NCBI RefSeq assembly: GCF_036321535.1
Contig: NC_087437.1
Coordinates: 61,940,001 to 62,004,000, forward strand
Direction: 5' to 3'
Source of the DNA: Camelus dromedarius
Lineage: Eukaryota
Length of the DNA stretch: 64,000 nucleotides
Shown here: positions 36,101 through 50,324 of the stretch, piece after piece
Layout of the letters: each line of letters begins with the position of its first letter
How positions within the stretch are numbered: the stretch's first letter is position 1
Notes under the pieces: model-generated
The model's input: only the letters and a program-made list of their open reading frames with translations
Database searches by the model: none
What the model was told of the DNA's origin: nothing
Made by a program: the position numbers and the translations under genes

Positions 36101-38094
36101 GCAGGAACCACAAGACCTCTGGAGTTGAGGGGGTGAACAGGGGCCCAGGATCCGATGCCTTTCTCTGGAGAATGTCAGGCAGATGTGCTGACTCAGGGCT
36201 TCGGAAGCAGAGCCAGGACCTTGCTGTATCTTCGGATTATCTGGGACTTCATTAGAACCGAAGGAATTGCAAGTGTTTCCCATGGATCAAAAGTGAGCCA
36301 AGCGGAGAAGTAAGCCTGTGGAGCCCAAGCAGCAAGAAGCTGGAAGTGAAGGTGACACAAGCGACCATTCAGAATACGGACGCATCACATGGGTCAGGGG
36401 AACCGTGGGAGAAAGATCCTAGGGGTGGGAGTCCACTGGAGAAGTCCACACACGCACCACCCAGAGAGCGCAGAGCTGTCCAGCCAAGTAGCGTGTGACC
36501 CGTCCCCTTAGCTCATCTCCTGCCCTTTCCCTCCCCTGGTGATGATGGAAGCAGCCACCACGAGGTTGGGAGCAGAGGGGATCCAGTTGGAAGAAGAAGT
36601 GGTCGTTCCCAGAGATGCTAGCACCAACTGCAAGTCTTGGCTGTGAGAGAGGAAGGAGACTTTGCTTTAAAATGAAGGCTGCGGTGTGACTAATATATAA
36701 CTACGGACAACATTGTCTTTTTTGACCTAAAGTAACTGGGAGGCTCTCTCTTCCCTCAAACTGAGCATACAAAAATCATGAGGCCTCCTAAATTTTCATC
36801 CTGCAGCAGAAAAAGCACTTTCCCCACTGAACAAAATTTAAAGGCTAGTGAGACAAAAAAAAATCAAGTATAGTTAGTCACAAACCATTCTTGTCCCTCC
36901 CACAGATACCATCAAATGAACAGAGCGCCTACAAACCCAGGATCCAGGGCTGGGCGCGGCCTCTCCGGGGCTGGACCTCCAACACGAACCCGCCACTGTC
37001 CAAAGGCCACCACGGGGAGCAGGCAGGACTCTACGTGTTGTGCACGGTGTTTGTTCCCATGACCTTGCTTTGCAGGCAGTAGAGAGACTCATTAGAAAGT
37101 TCACCCAGATCCTGGGGAAGGCGATTTTTATTTCCCTGCACGGCCTTAGATCCATCTGATAGAGAAGTATCTCCAACCCTTCTGGACCCCTTGTCCTGGT
37201 CTGGAGGGCTCTTCCATCTCTATCTGCCTCAGGCCTTGGATCTGGGAATGACTGACCACCTCCTTCACAGATACGACCTTGGGTGTCTGCACCTGGGGGC
37301 CAAGATCTTAATATTGCCTGGATTCTGGGGCTGCTATGTTGACAGCTGTGATTGTGGGCAGAAGGAAATACCAAATACATTAATAGAATGCAACCCAGAA
37401 TTTCTAGGTCTAGTCACAAAAGCAGAATCTCTCTTGCTGGGGAAGAGGTGGCTGGACCATGTGGTCCAGTTACCCCTGCTTCCTGCTCACAGCTTCTCCC
37501 TTGATGCCCTGACCCAAGTGTAGATGCATCAAGTCTCTTGTGGTCTGGACTGCAGAGACAAGACTAGCCCATGTCAACAAGTTTGACCAAAAGCTTAGGA
37601 CCTACAAACGAGTGGTGAACACAGAGAGGTTCCTATCTCTGACCCCAGATCTCCCAGGTCCACAGCATGGACACCGCCTTGGCCCCAATGTCAGGACAAT
37701 GAGGCTCATGGAAAGAAGTGGATTCCCCACTCCTGCCTGCCTAGGGCCTCATTTTAAGTGAAGAACCTCTTCTTCCCAGAGGGGATTAGCCCTGGGACTG
37801 ACATCATTTCAAGGAAGTCCAGATGCTGGGCTGCCCCCTCCCCATGGCGGGGGGTTTCTGGATCAGGTTCAAATTATATTTTTGAATATAATTCAAATAT
37901 ACTGAGGTTGAATATAACACCACAACCCCAAGATTCATATAGCAAAGACTCAGAAACACAGCAGTAAAGCTTGGATCCAGATCTCATTGAACTCTTAATG
38001 GCCAATAAAATTGCCAGTCGTTAGTACCAGTCACCAAATGTTTACGCGTCATCTCCCGGCCACATCTTTTGCTTTGAAGTTAGGTGCTGGCTCG

Positions 38095-38626
38095 TGTGGT
38101 GGTTTTAAAATATCCACATGGTCTTTTATACTCCTCCCTTCAGGAGCTGGAGCTTTGGTTTGCCCATATGCTGTGGGCTGGAGTTAATGACTCACTTAGA
38201 ATAAGTAGAAGAGTCTGACTTCTGAGACCAGGTCCTAGTTTTGGTGGCTTCTTCTCGGGCTCTCTCTTGACCGGCTCATTCCTGGGGAAGCCAGCTGCCA
38301 CGTCATGAGAACTCTCCAGGAGTACTTCAGAGGTTCAGGTAGCAAAGAACCGAGGCCTCCTGCCAACAACCAGTCCTAAGCTGCCTGGCACATTAGTGAG
38401 CTGCCTTGGAAGCAGATCCTGCAGCCCCTGTCAAGCTTCCAAATGCCTACATCTCTGGCCTCTTGATTTCAGGCTTATGAGAGACTTGGGGCCAGAACCA
38501 CCCAGCTAAGCTGCTCACAGATTCCTGACCCTCAGAAACTGTGCCAGATTATAAATGTTTATTGTTTTCAGCTACTAAATTTTAGTGGGGTTGCATTTGT
38601 TATACAGCAACTGATAACTGATACAC
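38095..38626 (+). mobile_element. MaLR LTR (MLT1E/F-like)
   Basis: tgtggtggtttt...ggggaagccagctgccacgt...cagaaactgtg...gttatacagcaactgataactgataca. Confidence 0.85.
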
Positions 38627-40191
38627 CTGTGACTTGCTTTGGCCTGGGAAGAATAGACAGCAGTGTCATGTGTCATTCCCAGGAAGAAGCCTTAAGAACA
38701 AGATACACACCACTGTGTTCTTTTTCCAGTCAGCTTCTGACTGCCTCATCAGCCTGGCCCTGGAGTGAGGACCAAATCTGGGTCAGGGTCCAGCAGGGGA
38801 AAGACAACAGGGGAAACAGGAGAGTTGAACGAAAGGACCCTCCACAAAGGCGTGGGCAGCCTTAGCAGAAACCAGCAATGGGTGGTAGACTGTCTCAGGC
38901 CAGCATTACCACCCCGGAGCCTGAAGGGGCAGAAGAGGCTTCGAAGTAACCTGCACTCTAACAGTCTCGCTCGTGGAGGTTGTAGTCTCCAATTTCAGGA
39001 GAATACAGCTTTTCTCTAATGATCTTGAGCTTTCCATCCCTCCTTAAATACATATGATGGCCCAACCCAGCCCTAAATCCAGCTAGAGGATTTGCACAAC
39101 ACCCCTCCCTCCAAGGCTGCTTTAGTTAACCCTAGGCTTTTAATATCCAAGAGTCCTAGGCAGAGAAAGAGCCAACTGAATAGAAATGAGCTTACACGAT
39201 AAATGACTCAATGTGCAAAGCTCTGAGAATGCGCTTGCTTTCACAGGGAGCCTGTGCCAAGTTGGAGATTTCAATCCTCTCCTTAGAGCCTCGTTATTCT
39301 AGTGAGGTCAGCCTGCCAAGGGTCCACCACCCACTCATCTTCTCCCTGGGACTTCAGGTAGCTCACGATCAATCATGCTTGCTAGAGATTAAAAGATCCT
39401 TCTTGAGAAATAAGTATTGGCTGTTGCCTAACGTAATCACCCTCGATGTTTGTAGCTGTGTAGAACGGCGGCTATTCAGGAAGTCTAATTCATCTCTGTT
39501 CACAAGGTAACATCAACTTTTAAAAAATACCTGTCAGCCAGAGCTTACATAGACCCTCTTTTCTATACGTTAGGAGAATATATGACATTCTGTTCCAAGA
39601 CACCTAACATTGGAAAGGAGCAGTTCACTAATCCAGACACTGAAAGTACCGGCCCAACATCAAGTTAAAATAATGGTGTATCTGTGGGGGTGGGCAGGTC
39701 CAAGGCGGCTGGCCAAGGGATGCTCGGAAAGCATTAAAAACCACCCATCTTCCTGGAGCACCAATTTGTTGAAAGTTTGAAGGAGGGGAACACATTTTTA
39801 TCTATAATACGTTATGAAACAGACTGTAATTCACATGGATGAAAATATAAATTGCAAATCTTCAAACAAATTTTAGCTTACAGCTGGCCTTTTTGGGCTA
39901 CAACATCTCACCCACCTCCAGCTCGTATTCACGTGAGGGTGCTTTCATGGCAGAGCTGAAGCAGCACAGGATGGGGAGGTGCCATGCTGGTGGCAGAGCC
40001 CCACCCCCCTTGAGAGGAAGACAAAATTCTCAGGCCCCACTCTCATTTGTTTGCATAAATAACTTCCCCAGGTTAGCAGAGGATACCTTGCTGGGTGCTT
40101 TTATGGCAAGTTCATAGAGAGCCATCCAAGCCAGTGGGCTTAACAAGATTTCAAACTGTAGATAGTAAGGGGGTCTGAGCACCCAGTCCCC

Positions 40192-42235
40192 ATGTGTGGT
40201 GGCGGGCGGACGCTGGGGTGTGTTTCGCCACACCAACAAACAGTTCTCCCACACCGGCTGGGTGTCCTGTGATTCAAATCAACTCTGACACTGTCTTCCT
40301 GGAGATAGTGATGGATCCCACAGGTTAAGGGCTCAGTTCCACAGGATGCCAGCCACAAATCCAGTTCATCACCTGTGCTTCTGACCTACTGGCGATAGAT
40401 CGGTGGTTCCAACAACCCCCACTTGTGGTTCAGTTAATTTGCCAGAGGGGCTCACAGAACTGAGAGACATCTTACTTCCTGGATTACCAGTTTGGTCTGA
40501 AAGGATGTAACTCAGAAGAGATGCCCAGGGCCATGCATTGGATGGGGCTTGGAGCTTCCATGCCCTCTCCATCTCCCCGCATCTCCATGTGCTCACTAAT
40601 CTGGAAGCTCTCCAAACCCTGTCCTTTTGGGTTTTTTGTTAATATATTATTATTGAAATATAGTCAGTTTACAATGTTGTGTCAATTTCTGGTATACAAC
40701 ATAATAGTTCAGTTATACATATACATACATTTATTTGTTTTCATATTCTTTTTCATCATAGGTTACTACAAGATATTGAATATGGTTCCCTGTGCTATAC
40801 AGTGTAAACTTGTTTACCTATTTTATATATATAGTAGTATCTATAAATCTCAAATTCCCAATTTATCCCTTCCTACTCCCTTTCCCCCCTGGTAACCATA
40901 AGTTTGTTTTCTATGTCTGTGAGTCTGTTTCTCTTTTGTAAATAAATTCATTTATCTTTTTTTTTTTTAGATTCCACATTTAAGTGATAACATATGGTAT
41001 TTTTCTTTCTCTTTCTGGCTTACTTCATTAGAATGACAATCTCCAGGTCAATCCATATTGCTGCAAATGGCATTTTATTTTTTAGGGCCGAGTAGTATTC
41101 CGTTGTATATATACCACATCTTTTTTATCCAGTCATCTATCAATGCACATTTGGCTTGTTTCCATGTCTTGGCCATTGTAAATAGTGCTACAGTGAACAT
41201 TGGGGTGCATGTGTCTTTTTGAATTAGAGTTTTCTCTGGATATATGCCCAGGAGTGGGATTGCTGGACCATATGGTAAGTCTATTTTTAGTTTTTTGAGG
41301 ACTCTCCATACTGTTTTCCATAATGGCTGCACCAAAATACATTCCCACCAGCAGTGAAGGGGGGTTCCTTTTTCTCCACAGCCTCTCCAGCATTTATCAT
41401 TTGTGAACTTTTTAATGATGGCCATTCTGACTGGTGTGAGGTGATACCTCATTGTAGTTTTGATTTCCATTTCTCTGATAATTAGTAATACTGAGCATTT
41501 TTTCACATGCCTATTGGCCATTTGTATGTCTTCATTGGAGAAATGTCTGTTTAGGCCTTCTGCCCATTTTTGGATTAGGTTGTTGTTTTTCTTTCTTATT
41601 AAGTTGTATGAGCTGTTTATATATTCTGGAAATTAAGCCCTTGTCAGTCTCATCTTAAGCAAATATTTTCTCCCATTCTGTAGGTTGTTGTTTTGTTTTG
41701 CTTATGGTTTGCTTTGTTGTGCAAAAGCTTATAAGTTTAATTAGGTCCCATTTGTTTATTTTTGCTTTTATTTCTATTGCCTGGGTAGACTGCCCTAGGA
41801 GAACATTGCTGAGATTTATGTCCTGTTGGGTTTTTATGGAGGCTTCATTATGTAAGCATGATTGATTAAGTCATTGGCCATTGGTGATTGAACTCAGGAT
41901 CCAGCCATCAGGGAGTAGGACTGAAACCTTCAACCCTCTAGTCACAAGGTTGACTCCTCTGGTAACCAGCCCCCCATCTTTAGGTGCTTTCCAGAAGTCA
42001 CCTCATTAACATAAAGTCAGTTGTGGATGAAAGGGACTTGTTATGAATAACAAGACACCCATTTCACTTCTATTGCTCCAGATTTCAGGAACTGAGCACA
42101 AGAGACCGAATATTACAACAAAAGATGCTCTCATGGGTCTTATAGCTCATGAAATTCAGAGGGTTTGGGGAGCTCTGTTCCAGAATTGGGGATGAAACCC
42201 AACATCTACTTCTTTTTCTGAATCACTGCATCACA
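40192..42235 (-). mobile_element. MER21-type LTR split by an L1
   Basis: ggctgggtgtcct...cccacaggttaagggctcagt...ggaagctctccaaaccctgtcc, resuming after the L1 as tttttatggaggcttcatta...agtcacctcattaacataa. Confidence 0.8.
40637..41818 (-). mobile_element. Relatively young 5'-truncated L1 with TSD
   Basis: ORF 41075..41521 is a well-preserved ORF2 C-terminus; TSD tgtcct(t/g)ttgggttttt at 40620-40636 and 41819-41835. Confidence 0.93.
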
Positions 42236-43249
42236 GATAATCTTCAGTGCCCCTCAATTCCCTTTATATGAAGACTCACATAACAAATTCCTACTTGATT
42301 TTAGATCCCAGAAAAAGCTGCCTCCACAAAAGAATTAGTTTGAATTCTTTGTCTTATTGGACAATAGAAATTATGTAACTTATTGTGTTTCTTTCTGCTT
42401 CATTGCCAGATATCTTAGATCCAAATTTCTCAGGTCTTGTAATTGTTCAGCTCTGATGCCAGAATGTGCCTGCCTCTTCTGCTTCCTTCAGATGGACTCG
42501 GAGCTGTTTCATCCTTATATGTCAAGTCTTGTTCTGTGTTGTAAACAGCCAACTCAGGAAGAGAGCAGGCACAGGTTTTAATGTAAATATTTCATTCAAT
42601 TAGCATTTAAAAGGACGTGATCAGTTTACAATCAAAATTCAGATACAAGACAAAAAATTATTAACACAGACAAAAAGATAAGTTAAGCACTAGAGAGGCA
42701 CAACTGATTGATATTGTTTTTTTTTAAAAAAGGAAAACCTATTCCAGTCCATATTGTTTTGATATTGTAAGTCATGCTGCAATGAATACCTATGTGCACA
42801 ACTCTGATTAGCTCTCCAAGGTGGTTTCTCCTAGAAGGGAAATTATTGCCCTTATGGTGTGACAATTTTCAAGGGCAAATTAAATTTCTATGGGTATTAG
42901 GACCTTTGGGGTCACAAGAGAGGCAGCAGAACACAGTGGCTGAGACTGTGGGCTCCAGAGTTCAATTCTTGTTCCACTGGGTTCTGCCTCGGTTCCAATT
43001 CCCGTTCCACTACTGAGCAGAATTAAAAGCAGCCTGTTTACCCTCTAGTTCACTTTAGAAGATAATGGTAAACACAATGGCCTACTGAGCAAAAAATAAA
43101 AACAGAAAAGAGCAACAACACATAAAAACCAGAAAGCATAAAACAAAAGGAAAGAAGCAAACCCAAATAAAACCATTAAGAAAATACATGGAGATGAGTT
43201 ACACTTGCCTGAGTAAAACAGTGATTCTCAAATTGGGTCAAGAGTCAAA

Positions 43250-43381
43250 CAAGAGGTGAGTTGGGGTGTAGCTCAGTGGTAGAGCCCATGCTTAGCATGT
43301 ACAAGGTTCTAAGTTCAATCCCCAGCACCTCTGTTAAACAATAAATAAATAATTAAACCTAATTACCCCCCATTCTCCGCA
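43250..43381 (+). mobile_element. tRNA-derived camelid SINE (Vic-type) with TSD
   Basis: gtagctcagtggtagagc...gttcaatccccagcacct...aaacctaattacc; TSD aagagtcaaa at 43240-43249 and 43382-43391. Confidence 0.9.
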
Positions 43382-43409
43382 AAGAGTCAAATCTAACTCT
43401 TTACCGTGA

Positions 43410-44965
43410 AATCTGTTCACTACGCCCGGCTCAGTGCTGTCACTGCTCTTGTCCTGTCACGTAGGTGGTCACTAAATCCAGTGGAGTCTTTTCAGCCCTT
43501 GTCTTAACTTCTTGGAAATATTTGAGGCTGTTAGCCACACCCTCCCTCTCAGTTCACCTCCTTCCTCAGCTTCTGTAAAGCTGCGTTTCCCCCTGGGTTT
43601 CCTCCTACCTTGTTGGCTATTCCTTCTAGACGTCTTTTTCCTTTGCTCAGCCCTTCAGTGTTGCCCCCATTCCTCAGGGTCTGCCCGAGGTGCTTTTCTT
43701 CCTCCCTCTTTGTATTCTTTCTGTAAGATCTCCACTGCTCCCAAAGCTTTCATCTAGAGTTCCAGTCCAGGTCAGGGAGACCCTGAGCTGCAAATCTGTG
43801 TACCCAGCTGCATTTTGGCTCTTGCCATTTGGGAATTTTGTAGGAACCTCAAACTCAACGTTACCGAACTGAACTTGTGCTTTCTCTCATCTCTTCAGTT
43901 ACTAATAAATGACACCACTTGGTTGCTAAAGTCAGAAGTCTGGGATCCAGCTTTGCCTCCCCTCTCCCTTACCACCCACATCAAATGAGTCAGCCTCTCC
44001 TCAGTATTCTCCAGGTCCATTTGCCTCTTTGAGTCCTCTCTGCCAGCACGCCCTCTGGCTCACCACCCTTTCTTGCCTGGGCTATTGAACCGCCTCCCAC
44101 ATGGCCTCTCTAAGTCATGCTACACTCCAGTCCAGTGTCCATTGTACTCCAGAGTGCCTCCTCTAGACCAGAAAATTTGATCGTGGCACGCGCGTGCTGA
44201 ACATCCTTCCGTGACAAGGCCGTGGTGACCTGCTGCTGAATTTCTTTTATCTGGAGGGTGCCTTGCTCTCCTCACATTCAGGCCTTTGCGCATACTGTTC
44301 TTTCTCCTGAAAATATTATTTGCCGTTCTTTACTTAGCTTATCTCCTCTCATTTCAGGTCTCAGATTAAATATCAATTTCTCAGGAAAATCTAAGGTAGG
44401 TTAGGCTTCCTGCCCATGTGCTTCCTTGTCATCATACAATTTCTCTACCATTTATCACTAAAGGATTAAAAGTTCTTACTTTTAAAAAAAAATTGAAGTA
44501 CAGTCAGTTACAATATATTAAATTCTGGTGTACAGCACAATATCCCAGTCATGCATACACATACATATATTTGTTTTCATATTCTTTTTCATTAAAGGTT
44601 ATTACAAGGTATTGAATATAGTTCACTGTGCTGTACAGAAGAAATTTGTTTTTTATCTATTTTTATATATAGTAGTTAATATTTACAAATCTCAAACCCC
44701 CAAATTTATCCCTTCCCACCCTCTTTCCCCCAGTAACCATAAAATTGTTTACTATGTCTGTAAGTCTGTTTCTGTTTTGTAGAAGAGTTCATTAGTGTCT
44801 TTTTCTTTTTTTAGATTCCACAAAAGTTCTTACTTAATTGTCCTGTTTCCCTGTTGGACTGCAAGGTCCATGAAGATGGGAGTGGCATCCATCTCTTTCA
44901 CCACCATGTACCCCAGCATGTGCCCAGTAATAATCATTAGATGCTCAGTAAATAGTTATTGAATA
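43410..44965 (+). mobile_element. L2 (long fragment to 3' end) interrupted by an L1
   Basis: cctcaaactcaac, ggcctttgcgcatactgttc, ...gatgctcagtaaatagttattgaat (L2 terminus). Confidence 0.75.
44482..44821 (-). mobile_element. 5'-truncated L1 3' end with 14-bp TSD
   Basis: TSD aaaagttcttactt at 44468-44481 and 44822-44835. Confidence 0.9.
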
Positions 44966-45779
44966 CATCAGCAGATATACAAGAAGTGCCCTCTTCATGT
45001 TGCTCCTAATGGCAGGAAAACTTGGAAAACACCTAATTTTCTAACGTGAGAGGGTGAGTTCAGTGAAGTATGACTCTTCATATGTTGAATTAGCCGTGCA
45101 GTCCAGTCATTAGGAATACTATGGTAAAAAGTATTTAATGACATATGGAAAGATGTTTCTCATATATTGTTAGGTGGAAACAACAGTATTTTATGTGTAG
45201 ATGTAGAGTCTGATCATATTTTTGCTCTTGCGTTTATAATTTTATCTTAGAATTCTTTTTCTTTTTTTTCCTTAGAATTCTTTCTCTCATGCATCGATCT
45301 TTCTATTTATTTTGTTTTTTTTCTTCTCAGCTTTTTTTCATCCATTGACTGTTTGCTCATGTTTTATGAAACCCATCTCTTCTTCCTTCTTATTGAGGAT
45401 GCCAAACAATTTCCCAGCATTTTCTTTCTGTATCCTGGAGCAGTCTGTGTTTTCAGACACTTGTCCCTTCTTCCTGCTCTTTAGGGAGGAAGGGGTTTGT
45501 CCCTTCTCTTATTTAATAGTAGTTTTTCATGGGCTCCATTTTTTTTCTCCTTGTACTTACTTGGATTGAATGAAACAATGCTGTCAACTTGGCCCAACAC
45601 TGTCTGCTTGGGAGATAATAGCATCCTTTTCTTAGATCAACAGCTTGAGAGGAGGCTGGTGTGAATGGTTCCCAGTCAAATTCTGAGGAGGACTTTGACT
45701 CTAGAGGACTCTAGTACAGCTTTGCTCACTGAAGTGGCCTCTCCTTCAACACCTGCTACCCGTCTCTGATTGTGTGACC

Positions 45780-47030
45780 CTATATGGTCCATAACAACTT
45801 CAGTTCCTTTTCCATTAAAAGGACCCAGGGCTTCTAGGGGAAATGGCTGATTCCAGATGTAGATAAGAAATACACAAGATATACTTGAACATCTTGTCAC
45901 ACCAGATAGTAAAGATTATGCATGAAAAGGATTCAGGAATCAACATGAGAGCTTCCATTGGCCAATGGGGGATAACTTGAGCAGCCATGAGGATAGCGTT
46001 AGTGGATTGAAGCACTTAAATAATTAAAGCCATGCATTCACAATACACCCTCACCTCCAAAGCCCTGACTGGCCTCTGTGGGAGGATGCTAGAGACCAAC
46101 TCGTTATTTTGAAAATTGATAAATTAAGTAAGAAATCAAGCATTTATGTTGCCTTTCCTTTTTTGAACCTTATCACAGAGAAACCAAATGCCAATTTTGG
46201 GGAGTTTATCTTTATAGGAGCATTACAGTTAGTAAGTGAAGAAAGATGGATAGAATTGGAACCATTCTACAACCCCCAATGTAATAGTGAACCTAGGCTT
46301 TGACCATCAACAGCTGCCAACATCACAAAAAGATGCAACTAGACATTAAGGGACTCCTGGTGGAAGAAAACAGCAGCACCTGTGAATTAGCCTTGCTTAG
46401 AAAAATCTAACAAACCTAATCAAGCCTCTAGATTCAACTCCCTTATATAGGAAATTCAGAGGCTAGAGGAGCATGCTAAGCATTTCACCACCACCAACAC
46501 AAGGATGCAATCATCAAAATCCAGATGGTGGGAAACTGCCTGCTCCCTTCCACAAATAATTTGCCAGGAAAAGAAAAAAATACATGTACATATGAGAAAT
46601 GATAAAAGGAGAATGTGTAGAGACTTAAAAGATAGTATTATCACCATTCTTAACGTTTAGAACTTATTTACGCAAACTGTTAAAAAAATCATGATATTTA
46701 TCAAACAATTGAAAATTTGAGCACTGGCTGGATTTCTCATAATATTAAGCAATTACATTAAACTTTGGGTGTGATAATGATATTATCTTAACATGATAAA
46801 AAAAAGTATTTTTACAGATACATGCTAAAATTTTCACAGATGAAATGGTATAATGTTTGGAGTCTGTTTCAAAGTATATGGGGTTAGTGGATGGATTAGG
46901 CAAGAAACAAGATTGGTCATGAATTGAGAATTGTTGAACTGGGTAATGGGAACACAGAGGCTGTTATTCATTAGACTATTCTGCTAATTTTGCACATTTG
47001 ATATTCTCTATAACAAAGAGGTTTAAAAAT
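45780..47030 (+). mobile_element. Old L1 (L1MC-like) 3' UTR
   Basis: agggaaatggctgattccagat, aaaatccagatg, agacttaaaaga, acagatgaaatg...gaattgttgaactgggt. Confidence 0.65.
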
Positions 47031-47664
47031 AACAATTACCAAAAAATTCAACGAAGTAAGCCCCCAACACTGGACTCCCCAGTAAACAGCGCTCTGTCCT
47101 TAGAGAACTTCACAATCCTCCTGGCTCACCGGGACCTACAAGTAGATCCCATTCCATCGCAGTTACCTTCTTGCATCAGCACCTATGGCTAAAATCAAGC
47201 CAAGTCAAAATTACTCTGAAAATGTTTTAAATTTCCCACAAGGAAATAAGGTATTGGGTAGAAACCTTGTAGAGTGATTCTTATGCACGTGAGCAATTGA
47301 AAAACACTGCAAGGAAGATTCAAATACTTGGGATACTTTCTTCCCTTCTTTTCCTGGACAGCACTTTTTCTTCATTCTCCTCCTGCCTTACTAGTCACTT
47401 GCTCTTTTCCTGGCATCCCCCTCCCAGCATTAGAGTAGCCCAGGGTTCAGTCCCTGGATCTCTTTTCTCTTCTCTACCCTAATTTCCTAGTGAATTCATT
47501 GACTCTTACGGTTTTGATGTCTGTAACCTGATGACTCACAGATTTCCATCTTCAGCCCTGAGTCCATCCCTGAACCCCAGACTCATTTATCCAGTGGCCT
47601 ATCTGATTTGTCCACCTGGATGTCTAGTAGGCATCACAAACAAACATATCTGAAACAGATTTCC

Positions 47665-49327
47665 TTTTATTATTCACTTATCTATATTTTATTATTGTTT
47701 TAATTGATGTACAGTTGATTTTTAATATGATATTGATTTCAGTTGTACAACATAATGATTCAATGTTTTTATAGGTTATACTCCATTTAAAGTTATTATA
47801 AAATAATAGCTATGTTTCCTTATGCTTTACAATATGTCCCTACAGGTTATTTATTTTAGACATTGTAGTTTGTACATCTTAACTCTCTATCGTGTCTTGC
47901 TGCTCTTCCCTTCCCTCTCCCCACTGGTACCTACTAGTTTGTTCTCTTTTTCTATGAGTCTGTGTCTGTTTTGTTACATTCATTTGTTTGTTTATTTTTT
48001 TAAGTTCACATATTAAGTGATAATATACAATATTTATCTTTCTTTGTCTGACTTATATTACTAAGCATAATACCCTCTAGGTCTATCCATGTTGTTGCAA
48101 ATTGCAGGATTTCATTCTTTTTATGGCTGAGTAGTATTCCATTGTGTATATATACGACATCTCCTTTAGCCATTTGTCTGTTGTTGGACACTTAGGTTGC
48201 TTCCATATCTTAGTTATTATAATGTTGCTATGAACATTGGGGTGCATATATCTTTTCAAATTACTGTTTTTGTTGTCTTCAGATATATACCCAGGATTGG
48301 AATTACTGGATCACATGGTAGTTCTATTTTTAGATTTTTGAGGAAACTCCATACTGTTTTCCATAGTGGATAGCCACTGTGATATGATATATTGATAGCC
48401 ACCAATTTACATTCCCACCAACAGTGTCCAAGTGTTCCCTTTTCTCCACATCCTGACCAACATTTATTATTTGTGGTGTTTTTGATGATAGCCATTGTAA
48501 CAGGTGTGAGATGATATGTCATTGTGGTTTTGATTTACATTTCTCTGATGATTAGCAATGTTGAGCATCTTTCCATGTGCCTGCTGGCCATCTATGTCTT
48601 CTTTAGCAAAATGTCTTTTCAGGTCTTCTGCCCATTTTTTAACTGGGTTGTGTGGTTTTGTTTTTTTTTTATTGAATTGTATGAGCTGTTTATATATTTT
48701 AGATATTAATTCCTTATTGGTCATATTATTTAAAAATATTTTCTCCCATTCAGTAAATTATCTCTTCATTTTGTTGGTAGTTTCCTTTGCTGTACAAAAG
48801 ATTTTAAATTTAATTAGGTCCCAGTTGTTTATTTTTGCTTTTGTTTCCTTTGCCTGAGGAGACAGATCCAAAACAATATTGCTACAATTTATGTCAAAGA
48901 GTGTTCTGCCTATGTTTTCTTCTATGACTTTGATGGTTTCTGATCTTTAATTCATTTTGAGTTTATTTTTGTATGTAGTGTGGGAAAATGTTATAATTTC
49001 ATCTTTTACATGTATCTGTCCAGTTTTCCCAGTACCACGTGTTGAAGAGGCTATCTTTTCTCCATTGTATATCCTTGCCTCCTTTGTCATAGATTAATTG
49101 ACCATAGGTGTAGTGGGTTTATTTCTGGGCTCTCTATTCTGTTCCATTGATCTATGTTTGTTTTTTGGGCCAGTACCGTGCTGGTTTGATTACTGTAGCT
49201 TTGTAGTATAGTCTAAAGTCAGGGAGGATGATACCTCTAGCCTCGTCCTTTTCACTGAAGATTGCTTTGGCTATTTGGGGTCTTTTGTGATTCCATATAG
49301 ATTTTAGAATTATTTGTTCTAGTTCTA
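47665..49327 (-). mobile_element. L1 (ORF2 3' part + 3' UTR) nested in L2 (47320-50140)
   Basis: ORFs 48006..48191, 48256..48522, 48467..48724 and 49152..49460 are frameshifted ORF2 pieces ([15 protein letters not shown]); L2-like sequence lies on both sides. Confidence 0.9.
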
Positions 49328-50324
49328 TCAGAATTCTTGATTTATGAACCTTTCCCATCTCCCCACCAGTATTCTTCTTCCCTATAAATGACACCACTTG
49401 CTCAGGAAAAACTTTGGAATTGTCTTTAGTGCTCTTTTTTTGCCCACATCCCATATTCATTTTTCCATTAAATCCTGTTTATTCTACCTTTAAAATAGAT
49501 CCAGAATCCAATCACTTCTTACTACTTTTGCCTGGATTACTTCCATAATTTTGCAACTGTTCTTCTGACTTCCAATCTCGCCCCCAAAACTCACAGACAG
49601 TGTCTTTTTAAACCTGAAAACCAAATGGTCTTCCATAAAATCATGTGACTCCTCTTCTCCAAATCTGCCCACTGTAAAATCCAAAGTCTTAAAATGACTT
49701 ACAAGTTATTGTGCAGTGAACTCCACTACTTTCCAGGGCTCAGATGCCTCTCTGACCTCTAGCCTTACTATTCTCTGCTTTACTGACTTTGCTTCAGCCC
49801 CACCAACTTCACTGCTGTTCCTTAAACAAACACACCGCCATCCCAAGACTCCTACTTTCCATCAGGTGTCTGCTCAAATGTCACATCATAACCTCCCGCA
49901 ACATGCACTTGCATACCCCCCCCAGCCCTCCCTCTCCCATCTAGCCTGTCTTATTTTTTTTCTATAGCAACTTGTCTTCTGATAACCTATACATTTCTTA
50001 TTTATTTATCATCTGATTTCTCTACTGGAATATAAACTTCCTAAGAATTGGAAATGTGTTTTTTTCACTGTTGTATTCCCACTACCTAAAGTAGTTCTCA
50101 GCAGATACAGAGAGCCCCAAGATTAGTTGAAATGATGAATCAGTGAAGGGAGGAATAAGAAGAACACCTAGATGCAGATGGGAGGCATGAAACATTGAAG
50201 ACATTCCTCAAATCAGCTGAGAGTGCAGGATGGGTGGGGAATTTGGAAGTATTCCTGCTTGTCTCCAGGTTTACTCCATTCTGTTTTATTATTAAAATTC
50301 CTCAAAAGCTGCCTTGTTGTGATA

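Noticed and set aside
36874..37523. Overlapping 168-aa and 110-aa ORFs; likewise the ORF pile-ups at 29.2-29.9 kb and 34.0-34.6 kb
   Set aside because: No recognisable homology or consistent splice frame; such lengths are expected in GC-rich DNA.
41075..41521. 148-aa ORF and similar ORFs at 8667, 13267, 48006-49460, 59537 and 61520
   Set aside because: Remnants, or antisense readings, of L1 ORF2 in truncated elements; not host genes.
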